Source: Pelagibacteraceae bacterium AG-426-E17
GTDB lineage: Bacteria > Pseudomonadota > Alphaproteobacteria > Pelagibacterales > Pelagibacteraceae
Length of the DNA: 64,000 nucleotides
Direction of reading: 5' to 3'
NCBI GenBank assembly: GCA_003210095.1
Contig: QCNP01000003.1
Span: forward strand, 3,503-67,502
A program made the position numbers and the translations under genes. Position 1 is the stretch's first letter; each line of letters starts with the position of its first letter. Of this stretch, positions 17,948-26,441 are shown piece by piece. The notes beneath the pieces are model-generated. The model did not search any database and was not told where the DNA came from. It worked only from the letters and a program-made list of their open reading frames with translations.

Positions 17948-20059
17948 TTAAGACCAAATGACCTGTTTTTTTAATTTAAAATCAAATGATTTGGACAAAA
18001 TATATTCTGATACTATGTCAGAATTAAAATATTTAAGATATTTTATTTTTCCTTGTCGTGCTATTTGCTTCCCCTTTTTTTTATCTTTTTTATATTTATT
18101 TAGTTTATAACTTAGATCAGATAAATTTTTGTAAAAAATAAGTTCATCACTTGTAAAAAAATCACTCAAATAGGTGTTTTTATCAATAAATGTTAAAAGT
18201 CCATTACCAACTAATTGAACTATACGATCACTGCTGTAATATTTTATTGGTTTGCCTCTACTTAAATTTAAACCCATATAAGAATTTGAAATTTTTTTAA
18301 TAAATTGATCTGCCCATATTGGTTGAACATTATTCATTCCATAAACATCAAACTTTATATTTTTATTAAGTTTTATAAGTTTATTAATAAAGTTTTCTCT
18401 ATCATCACCTTTTCCACTTTTTAATTGACCTCTATGAACACCATGGCTCATTGCAAAAAAAACATCATAAGCGCAATTTTTGTTATAATTATTAAGAACC
18501 TCAAATGATTTATCTGCAGGATTTGGCATAAAAAATGAATTTGGTATTTTAATCTGTAGTGCTGAAGGATCAGTGGTTAAAAAAGTATTATCTAGTAATT
18601 TAACTTTATCTAATATTCTTCTAGTATTATTTTCATGGTCAGGTCCATACTTTGATAAAGGATCTAAAAACCATTGAGAAAACTTTGTTGAAGAATTGAT
18701 CTCCTTCATGATCTGCAATGTGTCATTTTTAACTCTGTCAGCGTGTCCTAAAATAACAATATCTGGTTTAAAATTTTTAAAAGTATCAACAATTTTTTTT
18801 TGTAAAGTAATTCTTCCAGACATATCTTTTATACTTTTATTATTGTGGATTATATCTCTATCACTAATTGATAAAACGTTATGGCCATTTCTTATAAAAC
18901 CATTATTTAATCTTCTACCTGTATTATAATGTAATCTTCCATCAAATCTTTCGTTAAAATTTGTAATATGCATTATCTTAAAAGATCTTTCTTTTTTTAT
19001 TATTAATGTATTATTAACAATAAATGCACTCCTAATTTTATCAATAATATTAGAAATATAATTATGGTCAAATTTAAAATTTTTATAATTTAAAATTTGA
19101 AATTTTTTTAATTTATTATGATTCAAAATTAAATCTTCAATATGTTCATAAAGATCATTTGTGTTTAAGGATTTAAGGATGATAGCATTTTTTGCAGTTT
19201 CAGGTAGACCTCCCCTATTACTTATAATTACTGCACATCCTCTACTAGCAGCCTCTAAACTAGTTCTACCAAAAGGCTCTTCCCATCTAGAGCATACTAC
19301 TGATATACTAACTTTATTTAATATATTTAGCACATCTTCGTGTTTAGTATAACCTCTAACATTTAAATTTTTATGTTCAAAATTTAATTTTTCTCGAGGC
19401 TCTTCTCCTATTACAATACCTTTCCAGTCACTATGTTTATTTAAAATTTTAATTATAGTTTTTCCAAAAATATCATATCCTTTAGCACTGTTTAGTTTTC
19501 CAATAAAAGAAATCAACTTTTTTTTATTTTTAAAATTGATTTTGACTCTGCCGGTTGACTGATAACAAATTGATGTTTTTTGTTTCAGTAAATTTTTGTT
19601 ATCTATACCAATAAAAAATCTTTCCTGAGACCATTCACTATTAAACAATATTTTATCAATTTTATTTAATAGATAAATTCTATCATTAGTAGATTTAGAG
19701 CCATTCATAGAGAGAGGATCGTTGTGAAAATATAAAATCAATTTTTTATTTTGTATTTTTTCCAAGTATTTTATGTAATTAGGTCTATTATGTATTTCTA
19801 TAATATCTGAATTTATATTTTTTTCTTTTTTTAAAAAATTAGCAACATAGTTTTTACTATTGCTTTGAATCAAAGATTTTTTTAATTCTATGTTAATGTA
19901 ATTTTTTAAAAAGGGTTTTTGTTTTTGCATATTACCGAAAACATAGGAGTTTTCAAAAAATTTACTATTTTCTATAGTATGTTTAACAAATAGAGATACT
20001 GCACCAGCATTATTTGGAGAAAAATTTTCTTTATAAGGCAGTAAAACTGATATTTTCAT
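17948..20059 (-). CDS. Two-domain glycosyltransferase (GT4 domain plus a second GT-B/CgeB-like domain)
   Basis: EEPFGRTSLEAASRG in the N-terminal half; LNLSRG...YSSDRIVQLVGNG in the C-terminal half. Confidence 0.8.
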   Translation of the reverse strand: MKISVLLPYKENFSPNNAGAVSLFVKHTIENSKFFENSYVFGNMQKQKPFLKNYINIELKKSLIQSNSKNYVANFLKKEKNINSDIIEIHNRPNYIKYLEKIQNKKLILYFHNDPLSMNGSKSTNDRIYLLNKIDKILFNSEWSQERFFIGIDNKNLLKQKTSICYQSTGRVKINFKNKKKLISFIGKLNSAKGYDIFGKTIIKILNKHSDWKGIVIGEEPREKLNFEHKNLNVRGYTKHEDVLNILNKVSISVVCSRWEEPFGRTSLEAASRGCAVIISNRGGLPETAKNAIILKSLNTNDLYEHIEDLILNHNKLKKFQILNYKNFKFDHNYISNIIDKIRSAFIVNNTLIIKKERSFKIMHITNFNERFDGRLHYNTGRRLNNGFIRNGHNVLSISDRDIIHNNKSIKDMSGRITLQKKIVDTFKNFKPDIVILGHADRVKNDTLQIMKEINSSTKFSQWFLDPLSKYGPDHENNTRRILDKVKLLDNTFLTTDPSALQIKIPNSFFMPNPADKSFEVLNNYNKNCAYDVFFAMSHGVHRGQLKSGKGDDRENFINKLIKLNKNIKFDVYGMNNVQPIWADQFIKKISNSYMGLNLSRGKPIKYYSSDRIVQLVGNGLLTFIDKNTYLSDFFTSDELIFYKNLSDLSYKLNKYKKDKKKGKQIARQGKIKYLKYFNSDIVSEYILSKSFDFKLKKQVIWS

Positions 20060-20318
20060 TTTTTAAAAATCTCTTTTTTATTTCATTTCTTAATTTAAAA
20101 TTTTTTTTTAATTTATATTCCTCTTTTAAGGCAATACTTTTATTTTTGTATTTTTTTGAATAGGCCAATTTCCAATTTTTACCTTTAGTAAATTTAGCAC
20201 CTTTTGAAACATTATGTAACAATAGTCTTTTTTTTAAGTTATTTGTATAACCAACGTATGATACTACTTGTGCTGCCTTTTTATTTATATTTACGATTAA
20301 ATATACAAAATAAGTCAT
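20031..20318 (-). CDS. GIY-YIG nuclease family protein (UPF0213/YhbQ-like)
   Basis: YFVYLI...SYVGYTNNLKKRLLLHN..KGAKFTKG...ALKEEYKLKK. Confidence 0.88.
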   Translation of the reverse strand: MTYFVYLIVNINKKAAQVVSYVGYTNNLKKRLLLHNVSKGAKFTKGKNWKLAYSKKYKNKSIALKEEYKLKKNFKLRNEIKKRFLKNENISFTAL

Positions 20319-20320
20319 AT

Positions 20321-20356
20321 TGGCGGTCCCTAGGGGAATCGAACCCCTCTTTCATG
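20321..20356 (-). repeat. 36-bp copy of the tRNA-Glu 3' end (att site)
   Basis: TGGCGGTCCCTAGGGGAATCGAACCCCTCTTTCATG is identical to 21814-21849. Confidence 0.95.
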
Positions 20357-20416
20357 AATCATGAACATTGTATTTTATAACTTTTTTCGTCTTCAAAATC
20401 AAAAAATTAGAATCAA

Positions 20417-20436
20417 GTGTGCCCAGAGTGTGCCCA
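20417..20436 (+). repeat. Tandem GTGTGCCCA x2 (11-bp period), putative integrase arm-type sites
   Basis: GTGTGCCCA-GA-GTGTGCCCA, 60 bp inside the left att. Confidence 0.7.
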
Positions 20437-20439
20437 CGA

Positions 20440-21108
20440 TTAATCACTTGCAGCCACATAAATTATAAAACCTATTGCAATTATTGGAAGAGCTGCACTT
20501 GAGTCTAGAATAATATAATTTAGTATCTTGTTTAATGCCCACCAACCAGTATCAAACCTACCATAATCACCTAATGTAAAAATCGTGACTCCCCAATCAC
20601 CTAAGGATATAGTTTTCCAAATACCAATTTTTAGCCAAACATAAATTGCATAAACAATATGTCCAGCACCTATAAGCATTATTCCTTGACCAATTAATCT
20701 GAAAAAAAGATTAATCCCATCTTCAATTGGTTGCTTAGCCTTACCACGGTTTTTGTAGAGTTTAGTGTTTGGAAAATAAAAATAGACATAAGACACTATT
20801 ATTAAAGAAATAGGTATTGTCCAAAATGAAATATTTTCCCCAGTTGGAAACTCTGAAAAAATAATAAAGTATCCAAACATCCAAATTAAAAAAAAACCAG
20901 CTATCAAATTAAAAATTCCCCAAAGAATATTTCCTAATTTGCTAGTTGCTAGCTTATTTTTTTTTGAAGGGTCTTTTAAACATTCGACTGCAAAAATTAA
21001 ACAAAGCAGTCCTAATGATTGCATAAATATCACCGTTATAAATAAAAACATAATTATATCATTGTGTCTGTCATTACTTACAGTAAGTTTTTGAATTTTT
21101 GAATGCAA
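20440..21108 (-). CDS. Hypothetical membrane protein (islet cargo)
   Basis: 222-aa ORF with about 5 hydrophobic segments; no family recognised; start uncertain. Confidence 0.65.
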   Translation of the reverse strand: MHSKIQKLTVSNDRHNDIIMFLFITVIFMQSLGLLCLIFAVECLKDPSKKNKLATSKLGNILWGIFNLIAGFFLIWMFGYFIIFSEFPTGENISFWTIPISLIIVSYVYFYFPNTKLYKNRGKAKQPIEDGINLFFRLIGQGIMLIGAGHIVYAIYVWLKIGIWKTISLGDWGVTIFTLGDYGRFDTGWWALNKILNYIILDSSAALPIIAIGFIIYVAASD

Positions 21109-21460
21109 CCGTTTCTTCTTTAAAGTTTACTAAAAGATCATTACCAGTAACTTGTGATTTTAATTTAGCAAAATTACTATCTACAAACATTACATCAAAA
21201 TCTAAAATTCTTATCTCTGGTAGTCTAAATTTTCGACCTTGCTGTTTCATTTTGTTGTTTTGTTTTTTTACGTATTTACTATTATACTCAACAACCATAC
21301 TTGCAGTTTCTTTATCTGTATCAATTGTATAATACCATTTATCAAACATACTCTTATCAAAACCATCACCTTTATGACATTTTTTTAATTTAATAATTTT
21401 TGAATACGAGGGACTAATAATTAAACATATTAAAATCGTGATCCCTAAAAGTTTTTTCAT
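21074..21460 (-). CDS. Hypothetical exported protein (islet cargo)
   Basis: 128 aa; N-terminal signal peptide MKKLLGITILICLIISPSYS; two Cys in the mature part. Confidence 0.65.
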   Translation of the reverse strand: MKKLLGITILICLIISPSYSKIIKLKKCHKGDGFDKSMFDKWYYTIDTDKETASMVVEYNSKYVKKQNNKMKQQGRKFRLPEIRILDFDVMFVDSNFAKLKSQVTGNDLLVNFKEETVAFKNSKTYCK

Positions 21461-21723
21461 CTTAATTTTCTGCCTTTAAATCTAAAATAATTAAATGCAC
21501 CTATTAATATCATTCCAATGATAACCCAGTGATCTTTGGTGTATCCATAAATAACTTGCTCTAAAGCCATTGCAATTATGAAAATTACAATGTTTATAAA
21601 TAAAGTGAAGAAAGCACCTGAAAAACATTTAGAAATTTTAACCTTTGATTTTTTCAAAATATTAAAATCATAAATTGAAACACCAAATAATGTAATTAGC
21701 ATAAGAAATCCAGCAGCTTCCAT
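21457..21723 (-). CDS. Hypothetical small membrane protein (islet cargo)
   Basis: 88 aa, about 3 TM segments, basic C-terminus; overlaps the next gene by 4 nt. Confidence 0.6.
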   Translation of the reverse strand: MEAAGFLMLITLFGVSIYDFNILKKSKVKISKCFSGAFFTLFINIVIFIIAMALEQVIYGYTKDHWVIIGMILIGAFNYFRFKGRKLR

Positions 21724-21738
21724 ATTTTAATTATATCA

Positions 21739-21758
21739 GTGTGCCCACAGTGTGCCCA
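21739..21758 (+). repeat. Tandem GTGTGCCCA x2 (11-bp period), putative integrase arm-type sites
   Basis: GTGTGCCCA-CA-GTGTGCCCA, 55 bp inside the right att; same orientation as 20417-20436. Confidence 0.7.
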
Positions 21759-21813
21759 GAGAGAAATTTTCGGCATAATTATTTAAATAAGTGTTAATGT
21801 ATTTAGCAACTAG

Positions 21814-21888
21814 TGGCGGTCCCTAGGGGAATCGAACCCCTCTTTCATGGATGAAAACCATGTGTCCTAACCGATAGACGAAGGGACC
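21814..21888 (-). tRNA. tRNA-Glu (TTC)
   Basis: GGTCCCT...AGGGACC-GCCA acceptor; CATGG-TTTTCAT-CCATG anticodon arm; GGTTCGATTCC T-arm. Confidence 0.97.
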
Positions 21889-21938
21889 AAATTCAAACCT
21901 TTTATTGTATAAAAAAAAATTAATCAAGTTTTAATAAA

Positions 21939-23615
21939 TTAAATTATCAAATCTTTAATATTAATTTGATAAAATTTTTTACCATTCCAAATTATTTCAT
22001 TAATATGACCCACTAAAGTAATATTTTTTTTGTAATTCATAAGGTGCATTCCTATATCTGTGTTAACTGCGTCAAATGCGATCGATTGTATTTGCCTACC
22101 ATTAAGGTTTTTTAATATGTTTTTAATATGTTTATTTTTAATTACGAAGGTTTTAATAATTTTTAAATTTTCAAATAATAGCAAAGGTTCAGAATTTCCA
22201 CTACCAAATGGCTCCAGTAGTTTTAAATCATTAATAAAATCAGATTTACTAAAAGAAATTTGATGTTTTAAATCATAAAAGTATGCTTTATTTATTTTGT
22301 TTTTACTAAACTCATCTGTTAGAATTTTTTTTAATATTGATAAATTTTTAATTTTTAATGTAAATCCAGCTGCTTGTTCATGACCGCCACCTTTTTCAAT
22401 GATTTTAAGATTTAATAATTTGGATATTATATTATTTAATTTAAAATTTGAATCTGATCTAGCTGATCCTTTTAAAATATTATTTGAATGAGTAATGACA
22501 AAAGCTGGTCTATTAAACTTTTCTTTTAATTTTCCAGCTAGGATTCCAATAATTCCTTCATGAAAATTTTTATTATATTCAAAAATTATATTGTGATTGT
22601 TGTAATATTTTTTTGTATCTATAAACTTAAAGTTTCTACTTTCAATTTCTTTTCTTTTGTTATTTATAAACATTAACTTTTTTAAAGTTATCAGTATTTT
22701 TTTTTTATTATCTAAAGTCAATAATTCTACTGAAATATTAGCAGTTGATATTCTCCCAGCGGAATTTAAGATTGGGCCAATTAAAAAAATTAAATCTTTA
22801 TAATCTATTTTCTTTTTTAAATTTAAATTTTCAATTAAAACATTTAATCCAGCATTGCTGCTTTTGTTAATTTTATCAAAAGCACATTTAGCTATATATC
22901 TATTTATACCTCTCATTGGCATTACATCGCATACACTACCTAATAATGATAATAAAAGAAATTTTTCTAATTTTATATCTAAATATTTAAACATTGAAAC
23001 AAGAATAAATGTTAGTGTTGATGCAGATAAATTCAAATTAAAATATTTTTTCGTATTTTTCATTGGGTTTATCAACACTATTTTTTTAGATACATTTTTA
23101 TTAATTTGATGATGATCGATAACTAATGTCTTTATATTTTTTTTTAAAAGATAATCGATTACTTCATTTGAATTGGTTCCACAATCAACAAATATCGCTG
23201 CTTTTGTATTCTTTTTTAATTTTTTTTTAATTAAACTTAAATTAGGACCATATCCATCAACAAACCTGTCAGGTAAAATATAATAATTAGGATGATTTAT
23301 GTCTTTAAAGAAATTAATTAAAATTGCAGTAGAAGTAATTCCATCTACATCATAATCTCCAAATATTAGAGTTAAATCTTTATTATTAATTATTTTTTTT
23401 AGTAAATTATAACCTTCAATAAAATCGAGGTTTTTGTTAAAGATATTTTCTATTTTTGGTAAATTTATAGAATAAAAAATTTCCTCATTTGTAAATTTTC
23501 TATTAATAAAAAAACTAGATAAATTTAAAGAAATTTTTTTGTCTAAAGATAATTTTTTAGCTTTTCTAAAATCGGTTTGTATATTATTCCATTTTTTTCC
23601 AGAAACAGAAATCAT
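21939..23615 (-). CDS. recJ: Single-stranded-DNA-specific exonuclease RecJ
   Basis: GDYDVDG, DGYGPN, DCGT, IDHH, GGGHEQAAG, LEPFGSGNSEP. Confidence 0.95.
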   Translation of the reverse strand: MISVSGKKWNNIQTDFRKAKKLSLDKKISLNLSSFFINRKFTNEEIFYSINLPKIENIFNKNLDFIEGYNLLKKIINNKDLTLIFGDYDVDGITSTAILINFFKDINHPNYYILPDRFVDGYGPNLSLIKKKLKKNTKAAIFVDCGTNSNEVIDYLLKKNIKTLVIDHHQINKNVSKKIVLINPMKNTKKYFNLNLSASTLTFILVSMFKYLDIKLEKFLLLSLLGSVCDVMPMRGINRYIAKCAFDKINKSSNAGLNVLIENLNLKKKIDYKDLIFLIGPILNSAGRISTANISVELLTLDNKKKILITLKKLMFINNKRKEIESRNFKFIDTKKYYNNHNIIFEYNKNFHEGIIGILAGKLKEKFNRPAFVITHSNNILKGSARSDSNFKLNNIISKLLNLKIIEKGGGHEQAAGFTLKIKNLSILKKILTDEFSKNKINKAYFYDLKHQISFSKSDFINDLKLLEPFGSGNSEPLLLFENLKIIKTFVIKNKHIKNILKNLNGRQIQSIAFDAVNTDIGMHLMNYKKNITLVGHINEIIWNGKKFYQINIKDLII

Positions 23616-24562
23616 ACAGATTTATTGAAGTTTCTGCTTATATTTTTTTTAATTTTTTGACTTTTGTGTGTTACAAAGGTATCGGTTATATATTCGTCAT
23701 TAATTATCTTAACACCTCTTGTGATGTCTCCGTCCGTAATACCTGTGGCACAAAAAATACTATCCCCTTTAACTATATCATTAATATTATATTTTTTATT
23801 CAAATCGTTAATTCCCATTTTATTTGCTCTCTCAATAATTTTGTCATCCTCAAACAACAATCTTCCTTGAAAACCACAGTTCATTGAATCTAAAGCGCAG
23901 GCTGCTAATACACCTTCAGGTCCACCACCAATACCAAGAAAAAGATCGACATTAAATTTTTTATCGGATACCAATATAGCACCTGTAACATCCCCATCAG
24001 TAATTAAATTTATTTTGATTTTTTTATGTCTCGCTTCGTCTATAATTTTTTTGTGCCTTGGTCTGTCTAATATACAAATTCTTAAATCCTCAATATTTTT
24101 ATTATTAAAATCTGCTAAATTTTCTATATTTTTTTTAAATGAGTAATCTAAATCAACCACACCAGGATCAATATGACTTCCAAATGCGATTTTTTCCATA
24201 TATGTTTCTGGGGCATTAAATAGGTTATTTTTATTAGCAGCTGCTATAACTGAAATTGATCCTCGCATATTTTTTGCAACAAAATTTGTACCTTCGACTG
24301 GATCTACGGCTATGTCAATATCATCGCCTCTCTGATTGCCTATAATCTCTCCAATATATAACATAGGTGCTTCATCTATCTCACCCTCACCTATAACTAC
24401 CCTGCCCTTCATACTAATTTCATTTAATTTTTGTCTCATTGAGTCCGTTGCTGATTTGTCGGCTGCTTTTTTATTATTTTTTCCTATATAAGGGTAAGTA
24501 GCTATTGCAGCATGTTGAGTTACAGAAACAAAGTCTTCTAAATATTCCTTTTTTATCACCAT
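23612..24562 (-). CDS. glpX: Fructose-1,6-bisphosphatase class II
   Basis: VIGEGEIDEAPML, IAVDPVEGT, ITDGDV, GIGGGPEGV, CATGITDG. Confidence 0.95.
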   Translation of the reverse strand: MVIKKEYLEDFVSVTQHAAIATYPYIGKNNKKAADKSATDSMRQKLNEISMKGRVVIGEGEIDEAPMLYIGEIIGNQRGDDIDIAVDPVEGTNFVAKNMRGSISVIAAANKNNLFNAPETYMEKIAFGSHIDPGVVDLDYSFKKNIENLADFNNKNIEDLRICILDRPRHKKIIDEARHKKIKINLITDGDVTGAILVSDKKFNVDLFLGIGGGPEGVLAACALDSMNCGFQGRLLFEDDKIIERANKMGINDLNKKYNINDIVKGDSIFCATGITDGDITRGVKIINDEYITDTFVTHKSQKIKKNISRNFNKSV

Positions 24563-25551
24563 TAAATATTAGCTTCGACTTTAGACAATTCTAGTTTTTT
24601 TTCAAATTCTGATAATCTTCTATGCACAGATATGAGTTCTACTATTATCGGCCAACTTCTAACTAAATACTGTAATGAATTTTCAACTTTATTAAATGCT
24701 CTTGCAATTTGTTGAACAAAACCTAGGGTTATTGCTCCTGTAACAATAGTTGGAGCTAGAGCTAAGTAAGGCACTATTACCATTCCTTGTAAGTAACTCC
24801 ATTTTACAGCATTAAAATACAAATAATGAAAGTACATTTTAAAATGTATTTTTCTAACGTTGCCATAAAGAAAATTTACGCTTTCATGTCCTGCTCTACC
24901 TAAACTTTCCTCACCTAAAACTAATTCTTTCCTGTATGCAGCTTCTTCTTTTTGTATGTCATATTCTATCCCTGGAAGTTTAAAACCTACAGCAGCTAAC
25001 AAAACCGTTCCTCCTAAAGCAGATAATACAGCAACCCAAACTAAAGCATGATTTACTTCACCAATAAAAGGAAGTGCAGTGATCTGCTTAGATAATCCCC
25101 ATAAAATTGGTAAAAAAGCAATTAATGTCATTAAACTTCTTAATAATTCAACTCCTAAACCTTCCATAATTCTTGCAAATTTAAGTGTATCCTCTTGAAC
25201 TCTCTGTGATGCTCCTTCAGTTAAACGAGCCTTTGTCCAATTTTCATGATAGTAATCTGCCATTGCTGTTCTCCATCTAAAAGTCCAATGACTAGTAAAA
25301 TAATCTGTGGCAACAGAGAGTACCATCCAAACTCCAGCTATTTTTGCAAATGTAAGAAGATAAGATATAAATTCTTTTTCAGACACTGAGTTTGGAGTTG
25401 TTAATGCTTTTTGCAGGGTATCATAGAACTCACCAAACCATTGATTAATCATGACATCAAGCTGCACTTGATACCATGTAGAAACAAGTATTACTATTGA
25501 TCCAAATATGCTCCAAGGATACCAATTTTTATTTGTAAAAAATTTAAACAT
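24562..25551 (-). CDS. SbmA/BacA-family peptide transporter
   Basis: FTSHWTFRWRTAMADYY, EGASQRVQEDT, KEEAAYRKELVLGE; no ATPase domain. Confidence 0.88.
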   Translation of the reverse strand: MFKFFTNKNWYPWSIFGSIVILVSTWYQVQLDVMINQWFGEFYDTLQKALTTPNSVSEKEFISYLLTFAKIAGVWMVLSVATDYFTSHWTFRWRTAMADYYHENWTKARLTEGASQRVQEDTLKFARIMEGLGVELLRSLMTLIAFLPILWGLSKQITALPFIGEVNHALVWVAVLSALGGTVLLAAVGFKLPGIEYDIQKEEAAYRKELVLGEESLGRAGHESVNFLYGNVRKIHFKMYFHYLYFNAVKWSYLQGMVIVPYLALAPTIVTGAITLGFVQQIARAFNKVENSLQYLVRSWPIIVELISVHRRLSEFEKKLELSKVEANI

Positions 25552-25835
25552 TATTCCAAAAAATTATCTGTATAAGATTTTTTTACTACAGACCTTTTAT
25601 TATTATCAATAATCATAAATTCAATGTTATTTTTATTCGCATATTCCACAGCTTGATCTTTACTATCAAAATAAAGCTTTACTTCTGACATAGTATTAGA
25701 GGAACTTGACCAACCCATTAAAGGATTAATAGAGTTATCGTCTGCTAAATACTCTAAAACCCATTTTTTTGTCTTGCCATAGCCAGATTGAGTAGCAGTT
25801 TTTGTAGGTTTATAAATTTTTGCTTTTACTTTCAT
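25551..25835 (-). CDS. ETC complex I subunit conserved-region protein (NDUFS4-like)
   Basis: AKIYKPTKTATQSG, INPLMGWSSS, KSYTDNF. The track's start lies inside tRNA-Pro, so ATG 25835 is used. Confidence 0.88.
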   Translation of the reverse strand: MKVKAKIYKPTKTATQSGYGKTKKWVLEYLADDNSINPLMGWSSSSNTMSEVKLYFDSKDQAVEYANKNNIEFMIIDNNKRSVVKKSYTDNFLE

Positions 25836-25839
25836 AAAA

Positions 25840-25916
<77 letters not shown>

Positions 25917-26011
25917 AATTTAAATACTATTACAGTAGATAAAGCAATTTTCAAAGGATAAAGCGATCAAAATTAAAAGAATTTTAATAAAAATCTGATA
26001 TATAAGGAGTT

Positions 26012-26440
26012 ATGATTATTACATGTCCTTGTGGTGAAAAAAAATACAATGTAGATGAAAATAAAATACCAAAAGATGGTAGATTTTTAAAATGTGGTTC
26101 ATGCGGACATAAATGGTTTTACAAAATTGAAAAAGAAAAAAATTTAGAAAGCAATCTTATCTTAGAGAAAGATGATAATAATGAAAATATTTCTACAATT
26201 AATAAAAGTAAAAAAAATTCATTAAGTAGAAACAGAAGCCTAATTGTAAAGACTATAAATTATAAGAAATTTTTTAAATTATTAATAGTTGGATGTATAT
26301 CTATTATTGCTCTTGTTTTGCTTATAGATACATTTAAAAACAGTATTAAATTTCTTATACCTAATATTGATTTTTACTTAAATAATTTATATCAATCATT
26401 GATCGATATTAAATTATTTATAACTGATTTATTAAAATAA
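26012..26440 (+). CDS. Zinc-ribbon (MJ0042-type finger) membrane protein
   Basis: CPCG...KIP..GR.LKCGSCGHKW plus a C-terminal TM helix. Confidence 0.8.
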   Translation: MIITCPCGEKKYNVDENKIPKDGRFLKCGSCGHKWFYKIEKEKNLESNLILEKDDNNENISTINKSKKNSLSRNRSLIVKTINYKKFFKLLIVGCISIIALVLLIDTFKNSIKFLIPNIDFYLNNLYQSLIDIKLFITDLLK

Positions 26441-26441
26441 A

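Larger units (their letters stand above)
20321..21849. mobile_element. Integrase-less genomic islet inserted in tRNA-Glu
   Basis: Flanked by 36-bp direct repeats of the tRNA 3' end; paired GTGTGCCCA repeats near both ends; three ORFs I do not recognise; no integrase inside. Confidence 0.85.

Noticed and set aside
20031-20318. GIY-YIG protein as a homing endonuclease or islet mobility gene
   Set aside because: It is a short stand-alone UPF0213-type domain, lies outside the att repeats and overlaps the core-like GT gene.
20417-21758. GTGTGCCCA repeats as a CRISPR remnant
   Set aside because: Units are 9 bp with 2-nt gaps, there are no spacers, and there are no cas genes.
14167-21849. The Cre-like recombinase as the mobiliser of the tRNA-Glu islet
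   Set aside because: It lies about 5 kb outside the att repeats and shows no obvious arm-binding domain, while the islet has arm-type repeats. Its adjacent palindrome does not resemble the tRNA core.
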